Positions 19,684-31,100 of a DNA stretch of 64,000 nt are shown piece by piece. Within the stretch, counting starts at the first letter, position 1. Each line of letters begins with the position of its first letter. The stretch is from the NCBI GenBank assembly GCA_040285745.1, contig JAUFOR010000008.1, positions 1,736,001 through 1,800,000 of the forward strand, given 5' to 3'. Both the position numbers and the translations under genes were made by a program. This DNA comes from Barthelona sp. PCE (Eukaryota). Under the pieces are notes generated by a model that saw only the letters and a program-made list of their open reading frames with translations, had not been told where the DNA came from and did no database searches.

Positions 19684-22600
19684 ATGCGACTTTCCGCGAA
19701 CGCACTTGCTACGATAAAGCCTGTCGATGGCGTATGTACTTGGATATTGGTAATTCTATCAGAATGTTAGTGTTGTATTCACAGATGTCTACATTACGTT
19801 GTAATAGAGATTGTTTGTATACAATAAGATTCTGCTGCATACCATACACACACCCCGCACACATGAAACTAACTCCTAGCGCATAAAACTTAACAAAAAG
19901 CAGCTAACATCAGTTCGTTCACTTACAAGCTCAAGCAGGTGTCAATATCTGTATCTGAGAGATAACTGTCTTACTGACTATGATGGACCGTCATTTCCCA
20001 GTCTTAAAATTCTTGATTGTGGTTACAATGATCTTTCAAGTGTCAAATTTCTTCGCAATTTCCCTGTTCTCAAGCAGGTATACCTGAATTCTAACAATAT
20101 TGAAACTCTACGAGGATTCCCTGTGTTAAATCACCTGGAACATCTAAGTTTCTCACAAAATACTGTTGCTTCATTTGAGAACTTGAGTCAGTTACCCAAC
20201 TTGAGGGTCCTGTGCTTTGTGGGCAATAATATTCAAAATTTCCAAGATTTTCCTTACTTTAAAAAGTTAGAAATCATTAGGTGCACTGGTAACCCATTCA
20301 CTAATCATCCCTTATATAAGGAATTCCTCATGTATCTCACCAACTATAAACTGGTGAAGATCAACGGTGAGGAAGTGACGGAGGAATTAAGGGAGAGATC
20401 AAAGCAACTTATTTCTCATAAGCTTGGTGTCTTTTTACGTTTTGGATTTATGCCTGAGGTAACGGATGCCAACATCACAACAAAGCAGCTTGATGATATG
20501 GTTGACACATATGTTAACAAAATCAATGTTGATAACTCCACTGAATATTTTAAGATCACAAACTCTTTCGCTATTGGTGAATTAAAAGAGGGTGAGATCA
20601 TCGAGATCCAGCACGAGTACGAAATTCTTGATCCTGAAGTCCAGAAGGTCGATATGAAGCACGAGTGGTTCTCCTATATTAGCGAGTCTGGTGAGTTTGT
20701 TGAGGTTGACTGCACTGACGCATGTATTACACTCGCATCAAAGTACACCAACCTGTGTCTTCATGGCCGAACTACCTTCTATATTAACAACAAAATTCAC
20801 TGTTCTGCACTCTATTACACTGGTAACATTCTTCCTGCTCAGCCTGACTGTCGCAACGCTGAGATCGTCGGTAGATGTGTCGAGGGAGAAACTATCACCG
20901 TGGCATACGATTACATTGGTGGTGAAGAGGGTGCAACAACCGTCGTGTGGAAGCGCAACGGAACAGGTGTTTATGAGGGTAAGTCATACGTGTGTTGCTT
21001 GGCTGACATCGATCACAATCTGACCGCTGAGATCACCCCCATGCGTAAGGACGGATTAAAGGGATCTCTAATCACTATTAAGACTGATTACGTGGAGGCA
21101 GCAACCCCACGCGTCAGTGATTTATACGTGGATGGTGTCTTTGTCGAGCGTGATATTCTCGAGGCCAAAGGCACATATTTCGGTGGTGTTGAGGGAGGTT
21201 CCAGATTCCAATGGTTCCGTCGTATCGAACCCACTGATAGCAACGAAAAAGTTCGTTTCTTGGAGATCAAGGGTTCAATATCTCGAACCTATGCGATTCA
21301 AACTGATGACTATGGCCACCAACTCGTCTTTCAATACACTCCTATCTCTAATAAGGGGGTTGAAGGCCCTCCATGTTCTGTTATCACGAAACGTATTGGT
21401 GCTGGTAAACCTCTGGTTTCAAGCGCTAGTTTCCACACTGTGCCTCTAGGTGTACTCGAGGAGAACAAAATGATCACCCTCAAGTACTCATACTCTGGAG
21501 GAAAGCAGGGTCCCACGAGAATCAGGTGGTTCCGAACTGTCCGCAAATTCGATAGTAGTGATATCACTGATGACGTACGTCGTGAACTGCAACGTAAGCT
21601 CATTGAGTTCGATGAGGCTTGGGAGCAGATCCCAATGGGTGTTGACGGTCCTGTCGAATATCTCCCCATTTTGCTCGATGTACACCATGTGTTAGGTGTA
21701 GTCATCGAGCCAGTAAGGGTCGATGGTGAGGCAGGTTCACGTTATACATTTGTTTGTAGCAACGTTGTGCGCCCTTGTGCACCTGTTTGCGCTGCGATCA
21801 AGCTGAGCGGTATCCCTAAACAAGGAACTGAGCTCATTGCTGACGTGTCCTATGCAGGTGGTCTGGAGGGAAGAAGTGATCGAGTTTGGTATCGCCGTCT
21901 CCCTGACAGTGAAGAGCTCGAGGAGATAAAGGCAGATTCATATTCTTATCTCCCACTTGTTCACGATCTAGGTTACCTAATTCGTTTCGTATATACACCT
22001 ACACGTGCTGATGGAGAAGTTGGCACCGATGTATTTGTCGAAACTGCTATCCCTGTTGAGTGGGCTGACCCACGCTACTTTGATGTAGAAATCGTCGGTC
22101 AACCTTTGGGTGGTTGCACTGTACAGGCTCAGGCCCAGTACTATGGTGGAATTGAGGGTGCGAGTGAGCGTCAGTGGATCCGTGTTGATAAACATGGAAT
22201 TCACACTATAATTCCATGTGTTGAAGATAATTACACTATCAGCGAGCCGGATCACGAATGCTGTCTTGTGCACCGTATCATCCCCGTTCGTCAAGACGGT
22301 AAGCGCGGTAAGGAGGTTACAAGCGGTGCTTTCGGGCCCTGTATTATTGGTCTTCCCACAATTACTAACGCTGAAATCATTGGTAGTGAGACATACACAG
22401 ATAATTCTAAGCTCGAATTTGTTGCCGACTACTTTGGTGGAGGAACACCAGAGATTACATATACGTGGCGTCGTTGGATGTGGTACGACCGTCTTGTATC
22501 AAATAAGATGGAAAACTACTTTCTCCCTACTCCTGTTGTCTTGCATGAAGGTGTTTCAGTATTGGGCAAGGATGACAACCCAACCTTTGTTCTGCGTAAT

Positions 22601-24649
22601 GAAGACGTCAACCATGTTATTGAGTTTGAGGCAACTGTTAAGCGACTTGAAGACAACACAATGGCTGACCCTATCGTTCTTCGCTTTGGGCCCACGTTTG
22701 ACAACTCACAGATTGTCATCACTGATGCTCAGTTCGACAGCGAACCACTTACGGGCATCCCATTCAAGGTATTCCCTCATGTGCTTGCTGTTGCAAATGA
22801 TCCATCGGATAACTCAAAGACAAGGTACAATTGGAGTCTCCGTGATGGCGCTGATTGGGTATCTGTTCCCAATTCTAACGCTCCAGAATTTACACCGTCA
22901 CATGAAGACATTGGTAAGTACGTACGCTGTCAGATCACTGCATTCACAGAAACAGGAGTACAGAGCTCGATCAAGACTGTGATGGCTGAACAAGCAATTG
23001 CTTGGGGTAAGCCTGCAGTCACCGATATTGTCATTAAACAGTCAGTTGATCGCAAGTGCCTTGTCACCCAGTACGAGTTCCACGGTCCCAAGGAGGGTAC
23101 CACCGATATTGTATGGTTCAGAGTTGGTTCCGATGGTACACGTACACAAGTTGCTGATGAATACGTTCGCGTTAACTCACGTGGTATTATTGACAGTCAT
23201 GTCATCAACATCTCTTCAGATGACGTTGATACGAGTTTCTTCTGTGAAATTACGCCTGTCACCGCAGATGGAGTCGTTGGCACGACTTTAAAGTCAGCCT
23301 CAACCCCAGTTATAACATCACCGCTTCTTAACGGTGAAGAGGTTCATCCCGAACTCCCCCTTGATACCGAGCACATTGGTGCTTGTGTTCTAGAAATCAA
23401 GCTCAGTGTGGCTCAAGAGGGGGAGATCTTGACGTGTCTGATCAAGGTTTCGGATGATGCCGACCCCATGCAAACAAAGTATGTTTGGCACCGTATCACA
23501 CCCGAAGGTAAGGTTGAGTTGTCCAGAGAGGCTTCATATGTGTGTTGTTATCAAGACATCCGTAGTGTTATTGAGCTCTGTGTTACTTCAGTTGACTATG
23601 AAGGAAAGGACGGACAGTGTATCACAGTTGTCTCAGAACCTGTTCAGCCTGCAATTCCTAGCCTGGTTTCATTGAAGATCAAGGGTGGTGAGTACAACGA
23701 CGATAAGCTTTACATTATTCCTGAGTACTTTGGAGGATTACAGGGCAAGTCAAAGGTTGCAATCTACCGCATCACAGATGATGGTAACGTTCCTGTACTT
23801 CGATTCAAGAAGTCATCCACAAAGGCGCAAGAACTGTATGATAAGAAAGATTATTCTGCACCAGAGGAAACGCAGTTTATGACTTACGTTCCTACTGTTA
23901 ACGATATTTACCATCAGTTATTGGTGAAGTACACCCCCATCAGCATCACTGGCGAAGAGGGTAGACCTATTAGCGTTTCCACTGAGAAGCTTGTGATGAT
24001 CAACCCTGAATGGAACACCTCCATCGGTCAGATGATCCAAGACTCCACTACGGAGTTCAACGTCAAGGAAGTGATGGAGAACGAGGTCGAGATTGATCGT
24101 GTCCTTCACGTCAACGTCGAGAAGTTTAAGATCAGGGAGCCTGCTGGTAAAACTGTTCTTAAACATGTCTGGGGAACAGGAACTCTTATGGAACTGGATA
24201 TTGAGCAGCAACAGATTGTGATTCATCTTAACGAGGACTTTGTTGACGGAAAGCAAAAGAGTAACTACCGTCGTACTTCTGTTAACGGCACTGTTCAATG
24301 TATTCTGAAGTCTGCTGATAACAACATTGCATTCATTGCATGCGTTCTAAGATCGTTTAATCTTATTGCACAGCGTGTCAATCCTTTCACAGGAACTGAG
24401 GAAGGCTTTGATGAGCTTAATGTTGCAGGAAATAACAGAAAGATGCTGCGCAAGCTTTCCCGCGCAACACTTTCAACGCCTAGTTTGAGAAGTGCTTCAA
24501 GCCTGAGCAGTCTGTTGGAGTTGGGTAGACCACCAAGCATGTCTAAGCTTCCCACTGTTAATGATCTTGAACAGAATCAGAAACAAGAGGATTCTGATGT
24601 ACTCGAGGAAGAGTTTGATCTTCCCTTACCTCCAAAAACTGAGGAATAA
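19684..24649 (+). CDS. AIR9: AIR9-like microtubule-associated protein (N-terminal LRRs plus repeated Ig-like A9 domains); join(19684..19731,19880..24649), 1605 aa
   Basis: LRRs (YLYLRDN, LKILDCGYN, LKQVYLNSN, LEHLSFSQN) followed by repeats of Y.GG.EG.S...W.R and P.R.DG..G. The 5' part is recovered by splicing. Confidence 0.88.
19732..19879 (+). other. Spliceosomal intron, 148 nt, phase 0
   Basis: Reads GTATGT...ACTAACTCCTAG. It joins the 16-codon exon MRLSANALATIKPVDG in frame to RIKLNKKQL..., which otherwise has no in-frame ATG after the TAG. Confidence 0.9.
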
Positions 24650-24655
24650 AGCTGT

Positions 24656-25234
24656 ATGTTTAATAATTTTTTTGTTATCCTGTTAATGAACCAATTCAAG
24701 GTAGACGAAGCTGTACTCACTGAAAGGGGCACGAGGCGGCGCAACGAGACTTATAGTAGGTTGCTTGTCCGGGGATTCAGAAAAGAAGCATTTGTTTTGG
24801 TTGAAGATATTGATCTCATAAATTTTAGACGATTTATGTACAAGATGCGAAACCCAATGGGCAAAACCTTACTATTTCAGAGGATGAATCTTGTGTTTAA
24901 AGCACTGAAACGACTTAAGCGATTTGATATGGAACATTTCACACAAGTTTTCCAAACATCTATGCTCAAATCTGACATGTGTGGGTCATTTAATGCGTTT
25001 TCACTTTATGGAGAACTCATGAAACGTTATCTAAACCTTGTAGAGGATCTTAACCTTGCATGTACACGTGCATTTCCAATTTTAGAGGGATCTATGCGTC
25101 AAACATATCACATGACGTTCTGTCTAACATCTCTTAGTTTTATTTCCTTAATTTTTGAAAAATCTATTGCACTAGAAAAAAAAGCAACTGAAAAAAAAAA
25201 TTCTTTCAATCAATTGCTTCGTTTTGTTTCCTAA
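24656..25234 (+). CDS. RMP1/NEPRO (DUF4477)-like putative RNase MRP subunit (start may be ATG 24686)
   Basis: FMYKMRN...FQRM..V.KALKRL and the later YHMTFCLT.LS.IS segment resemble the RMP1/NEPRO N-terminal domain. Confidence 0.55.
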   Translation: MFNNFFVILLMNQFKVDEAVLTERGTRRRNETYSRLLVRGFRKEAFVLVEDIDLINFRRFMYKMRNPMGKTLLFQRMNLVFKALKRLKRFDMEHFTQVFQTSMLKSDMCGSFNAFSLYGELMKRYLNLVEDLNLACTRAFPILEGSMRQTYHMTFCLTSLSFISLIFEKSIALEKKATEKKNSFNQLLRFVS

Positions 25235-26544
25235 CTGTCTAAAACTCCGCTATCAAAACGCTTTTTAATATGTTTAACGAGAGCTGGAATAATTTGTTGC
25301 TGCTCGCGTGTTACCAAATGTTGACTTGGTCTAGCCTCATATACGGTGCCAACGTCTTCTTGCCCTGTCATCTGCAATTCTCTTGATACAAAATTCTCAT
25401 CTGTATTGGACAAGAACTTGTGCAGGGCATCCTTTGCTGTTAACAAAAATAATGGTGTAGTACTTTCTAAACGTACAAATTTTCGTGTTATATCAGAGTA
25501 AAGCTGAATGCGAGCAGATGGTGCAACCTTTGCAATGATGAATGGAAACCGAATATGCCTTGTCTGAGGTTCAACAACTGATACCTGCTCTGGTTTCTTT
25601 CTTTTCTTAACTGAAAGCAAATGTTTGTTCTCCATCTGCGTCGCACGTCGTTTCTTTGACAGTTTTCCACCTACTTCAGCTATCCTTTTTGCATGTAAGA
25701 CATCAGCGTTAAGAACATGTGCTGTTTGCCGCACGTAATCTGTAAATAATGTCCTCCTTCTCTCCCTCGCTCTGAGAATACGTTCTTCCAATAAAAGAAG
25801 TTTTTCAGCCGTACTGCAAGGATATCCATCAAAAACTACAATCTTTCCCACTGAGCGCACAACTTTCAGCGCCTTCAGAACATTAACTACGTCATACACA
25901 CGCCGCCTAATATTCTCGTCCTTTCCACCGCTTGATCTTCCGGAAGAAACCATTAAATCTGCTATTCTTTGCTGTGTGCTAACTTGTTGAAACGCAAGAG
26001 CGTCGCATATAGGTTTGATCATATGCTTTACGTTTGTTGTTGCAAAAGAAACCATTGGGACCTTTGTCTCCGTTGCTGTAGCATGCTGTTCAACCTCTGG
26101 TTCTATTACGGATGAATGCGTTACCATTTTCGTTTTGTTTGTGATTGATTTCTTCGGGGTCACACCGAATTGGATGGACGTCGGTACGTTGACGCTCAGG
26201 GGCGTAAAGACAAGCCTTGGTGGTTCTCTTGCTGTGGAAGATGTTACATCGAATGATGGATAATAGTGTGGTTTTGGTTTTGTCGGGTTGGTGAGCAGCT
26301 CACTGGAGTTGATCCACTCGTGGCTGAACACTGGCGACACACCAGCACGGAAAAAATCCTTCAAACCCCTTGAAATCGATTTATCAAACGAATTTAAAAG
26401 AGGAGTTATGCTGTCAGCATCTTCTGTGGAGGCATTCTTTTCACCTTCTACATTACGCTTTTCGGGTTCAAATTCTTCTTTAACTTGTTCCTCGTTTTGC
26501 TGCTCGTTTTGCACTTCTTCTTTCTTTTCTGTGTCAGTCCCCAT
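25231..26544 (-). CDS. E2F/DP-family (DP-like) transcription factor
   Basis: Winged-helix signature ENIRRRVYDVVNVLKAL and a downstream IRFPFII motif, as in DP proteins. The first ATG is at 26544. Confidence 0.8.
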   Translation of the reverse strand: MGTDTEKKEEVQNEQQNEEQVKEEFEPEKRNVEGEKNASTEDADSITPLLNSFDKSISRGLKDFFRAGVSPVFSHEWINSSELLTNPTKPKPHYYPSFDVTSSTAREPPRLVFTPLSVNVPTSIQFGVTPKKSITNKTKMVTHSSVIEPEVEQHATATETKVPMVSFATTNVKHMIKPICDALAFQQVSTQQRIADLMVSSGRSSGGKDENIRRRVYDVVNVLKALKVVRSVGKIVVFDGYPCSTAEKLLLLEERILRARERRRTLFTDYVRQTAHVLNADVLHAKRIAEVGGKLSKKRRATQMENKHLLSVKKRKKPEQVSVVEPQTRHIRFPFIIAKVAPSARIQLYSDITRKFVRLESTTPLFLLTAKDALHKFLSNTDENFVSRELQMTGQEDVGTVYEARPSQHLVTREQQQIIPALVKHIKKRFDSGVLDS

Positions 26545-26886
26545 GCCCCACTGTTGGAATTCACCAGAAAAATACAAAAAAGGGATTGAAAAAGGGGGAA
26601 ATTCGAATTACTTGAGTTTCTTTTTATGTAAAAAGTCTCTTGTACACCCAAACCTCGAAGTCCCGTATGTATACACCGTTTCCAGGTCTTGAAAAGCCAA
26701 AATGCCATATTACTATCATAAAAAAGAAACTCACAATTTAGTACTTTTATTGTGCCTTACCACACATTATTTTGTAATTAAGTATACTCATATGTAAAAA
26801 ACTATATAAATATTTATATACTTAGAGTTTCCAACATTATTCTGTAGCATTCCGATGCTCAAAATTGTAAAAGCAAGTGTATTTTA

Positions 26887-27948
26887 TTAGTGCATCACCT
26901 TAACTCGATATTTATGAGAAGGTGTACAAACACGCTCCAAAACCCATAATTTCTTGTTCATTTTAGCAACACAAGATTCGCACGCGTTGTAAAGGCATAC
27001 AACATCGCCATCGCGGATATAATCAGCCATCTTACCACCCTTTGCTTTCCAAAGACGAACAGGTGTTGCCTTCCTAGTTGTAAGACACATTGGTCCACTA
27101 CAGTGTTTAAGCTTCTTGAGTGGTACGTATGGCTTGAGCATACCCTCAGATGTTTCAACGGATCTTCCATCAGACATCACCAGAAGATTCTTCTCACCAT
27201 GGTGAATTCTTCTAATCTCTTCAGTAGCAAAGTACAAACGTTCTTTTGTATGACCTTTGTACGTGATACTGCGGGTCTTGCCCTTGAATAAATGCATACG
27301 GTCAATTGGATTCAAATCCTCCAATTGGAAAACATAGTTTGAGACAACAGGCGGTTTTGGGAGTTTCATTTTTTTTGACAAGAAGCAGCCGGTCTTGACA
27401 CAAAAGTAACCATCGATTTTGTGATGATCTTTATAACCTAGATTACCAAATTTAGCACTAGCGCTGACCCGTTCCTTTTCCGGGCAAGAACACTTCTTAC
27501 TGGGTTTTTTTGGCATGTCATCCTCACTTACACCCGAAGAAAGGCCGGGAATGTCAATCACATCAGCTACTTGAGACGTGCGTTTAACATCATCAACAAG
27601 GGTAACATGTTTACCGGCAAGATACTTCTTTCTTCTTACAATACGGGAAAGGCTGGCAACATCTGCATGCTGAAAGTCTCGCATACAATCCCATTCACTC
27701 TTTTGAGCATCATCATGAATACATTCTTTTAATGCAATTTCAAGAATATCATGGCGAAAATCAGGGTATGTACACTGCTTTTTGCAATGCGTGAGCGCCT
27801 TATCAGCCGAATAGCTGACGTATTTCGATTCTGCACCACGAGAACACATTTTTATACATGTGGTGAAGTCTATTTCAGAAACTGCAAGTTCCTGCGCATA
27901 AGCGAGCCACAGTGGGCTGGCTATAAGCAACAATAAAAAGAATTGCAT
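26887..27948 (-). CDS. Putative secreted Cys/Lys-rich protein
   Basis: Signal-peptide-like N-terminus MQFFLLLLIASPLWLAYA; many Cys pairs; AATAAA overlaps the stop. Confidence 0.7.
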   Translation of the reverse strand: MQFFLLLLIASPLWLAYAQELAVSEIDFTTCIKMCSRGAESKYVSYSADKALTHCKKQCTYPDFRHDILEIALKECIHDDAQKSEWDCMRDFQHADVASLSRIVRRKKYLAGKHVTLVDDVKRTSQVADVIDIPGLSSGVSEDDMPKKPSKKCSCPEKERVSASAKFGNLGYKDHHKIDGYFCVKTGCFLSKKMKLPKPPVVSNYVFQLEDLNPIDRMHLFKGKTRSITYKGHTKERLYFATEEIRRIHHGEKNLLVMSDGRSVETSEGMLKPYVPLKKLKHCSGPMCLTTRKATPVRLWKAKGGKMADYIRDGDVVCLYNACESCVAKMNKKLWVLERVCTPSHKYRVKVMH

Positions 27949-28006
27949 TGAAAAGGGATGATTTCTAGGAATTCAAGAATTCCAAGACTTCTTTCGGGGG
28001 GCTAAA

Positions 28007-28089
28007 GGGTCAATGGTATGAGGAGACGGATCCCAACAGTAAACATTGTTAAAGTAAAAGCGTAAGTGAATCCAAATTGGTATAGTTGA
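28007..28089 (+). repeat. Left inverted-repeat core (83 bp)
   Basis: GGGTCAATGGTATGAGGAGACGG...CCAAATTGGTATAGTTGA; reverse complement of 32081-32163 except position 28017 vs 32153. Confidence 0.97.
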
Positions 28090-28155
28090 GAATATTCATT
28101 CATAAACTAATCCCTTATCGCTCATAAAGAAAACGCTTCTTTCGATTTATTGCTA

Positions 28156-31100
28156 ATGCCGGTTTTTAAATCTTTCAATGTGAGTATTCCAATGGACAAA
28201 ATCAGACTATGCAATGAAATAGAAGAAAATGATGCAAGTTATCACATTCGTGTTCGATTGTACACCAATGGGATTCTTGCAGATGGTAAAATTGGAAATT
28301 ACAATGAAGTAGGCTGCTTAGAAATACAAAACTGTGTTCTACCAAACGCTCGTGAATTTAATGCTTATAAGTACGCGATATTAACTCACGAAGATCTTTT
28401 AGCTACTTACAACAACATTAAGGGGCCTAAACAGAATCCTGTATCACGCAATGTAGTTTCAAAAGCCTCTTGTCATGTAATTGGCTTGTGTATCTTCACA
28501 GGTAAACACTATCTTCGCAGGATATCCAGCAAAGAACATATCAAGATCATCTGGAGTGCTATGGTGAACAATTGGATAAAACCTGAGTTTGATAAAGATG
28601 CTTTTATCGAAATGATTCGAATCCATAATCCCAAAATTACAGATGCTAGACTGGCAGATATGTTGGATAATGTGTATACTACAACTCCATCAAAACGCAA
28701 GTTTATAAATGACGCAAGTTTAAACTCTGTTACTGGTATTACTTCCAAAGAAGGTCAAGGAAATATTGACTATGACGAGCGCACGTGTGAGTGGACTTGT
28801 ACAGACATTGGAATAATCCAGGATTCAATATTTCCACTTCGTTTTCAACAATTAACAGAGCAAAATCACCAAATCACTAAGATGAAGGTATCACTTGCTA
28901 GGGTTAACGATGCTAGGGGCTTTGCTTTGCCATTTGTATTTAATGCTATGGATAAAAGTTTGAAAAGCATTAAATCTGAATACGGTGCAGCTTCTGAGAG
29001 GGCTTTCAGGGATTACACAACATATTACGGTAAGGTTGTGCACCCTTACATTCTGGAAACCATTTTTAACTCTGCTTATGTTCAAGCAGCAAACAATTCA
29101 GAAAACGTAACTCTTTTTATGGAATTTGATCTGTCAAGCGATGGATACAGTGCTGCACTTATTATGTTGAAGGTACCAACCGATCTGGAACTTGTTTGGG
29201 TCGAGCATCCATTTTTGGAGAGCTCTACGGAAATGTACACAAAAAAGCATTTAATAATCACACTAGAGCAATATTTGGATTCTTTAAAAGGTAAGTTTAT
29301 CATCTTTGATACATTTACAACCGAGTTCACTGTTTCCCACGCAACTGAAGTTGTCATTAATCCTCTTGATTACCCAGATTTCACTGTGCGTAATTTTGAA
29401 GTACCTGAAACCGACAAGGGTGCGAAATACAAGCGTGCTCAGGATCTGTGCGAACAGTTTTTGTCTCGGCTTAAAAAATACAAAATCATCCAGTCATATT
29501 CAATCATCGAGAGGAAAAACAGGGATCGCTGGTGCTTAGAAGATGTTATTATTGACATGGGTGATTCTGAAGTTAAGATTGTTGTTGGAACTGATAATGG
29601 CACGCCAGAACAGCTCGCCTTTCAAAAGATATGTGATGCATGCTCGTCAATATCACGAGTTCCTTGTATTTGTCATGTTTTGAATAAGATTATGGCAAAA
29701 ACCAGTGGGTTTGAGTTCTTTCCTTGTTCTCTTCAGCATCAATCCTACAGTCCTCCTTATTTTGATAGTTTTAATTCGTTGAGAGTCTCCAATGAAACCG
29801 TCACTATGGATATCATCGATCAAGTTTCACAAAATCCATTTGTTGAAGCGTTGTCTAAGAAGCTAGATTTATCAAATTTATTCACCAACCGTACCATTTC
29901 ACGTTCTGCTGCTGCTCGACTTAACAGCGTTGTTTCTCTCCATGAAACTCATCCAATCTTTGCACTTTCTGAACCTGCAGCAGAGAATGAGAGTGTTACA
30001 GATGATATTTCTGGTGCAACTATCAACAATTTAACAGAAGAATGGATCGAGTCATTTGTTCATTCTGACAGTGATGTGGTTGAAGGTGGTTTGATTTCTG
30101 ACGATAAGCTCATGTTTACCTTTGCATATACATCATTTCATGAATGTCAACACCTTGAAAACTTGTTAAGTCAGCGCAATGCTTGCCTGTTAGGCGTTGA
30201 TTTGACCTTAAGTAACTCTCTTTCAAATGATGCCTATCGTTTCAATGTACTTGAGCATTATACTGAATTCATTGATCATCTTGCCATGATTTCTTTAGAG
30301 AAATATGCAAAAATGTTGGATGATCAGCAGAAATCTCTCGCCAATTTTTCAAAGATACAGACGCTGTTAACAGTTGATACTATGCGTGTGTTTTATAAAT
30401 ACCATGTAGTCTGGTGTTTTGTAACGGAAAGATCCATATCTCTTTCGAATGTTCGTTGGGATACACTGGAATGGATTTATGATGTATTGTGTGGTGGACT
30501 GTACATGGACATCCCAAAGATACTATTTTTACCTGAGGGAACAGAAACAATTCCTGATGATTTTGCAATAACAATGTCTCATTTTGAGATCACTAAAAAG
30601 TTTCTTAATCTGAAGTACGATGAAGTTAAGGATTTGGCGATTAAGCGGATGTTAAAGAGCAATAATACTGTTTGTGACGAGGATCATTATCGGCATTTTC
30701 TTTCTCCTTTTTATGAGGCCATGAAGGATGGGAATAAGCAGCCTCATGAATTTTCTCTGGGCCCTGATATGTGGGTATTGGCAAGGAATTATTTTTCTAC
30801 ATATTCTCGTATGATCTTTATTCAACGTATGAGCAGTAAGAATGATTTTTCAGTTTTACAATCATATTTCCAAGTCTCCATTCTTTTACTTGAATTGCGA
30901 AAGTGGCGATCAGATTTAAGGATAGAAAATGAAACAAGCCTTGCTGCAATATACCATGATGGTCTTTTTGAGTATGTTCGTCATTATTTTTGCAAATTCC
31001 TCATCATGCCCGAACCTTTAGTGGCTTTTCTTCTCTCAGATTTAAGCACTGTTGAGCTCCAGGATCATAATAAGGAGGTTAAAGATATCACAAATGATAA

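Noticed and set aside
28018-28067. Mini-ORF MRRRIPTVNIVKVKA with GTAAGT inside the repeat as a first exon of the transposase
   Set aside because: No matching branch/acceptor motif lies before the transposase ORF, and the donor differs from the GTATGT seen in the supported introns.
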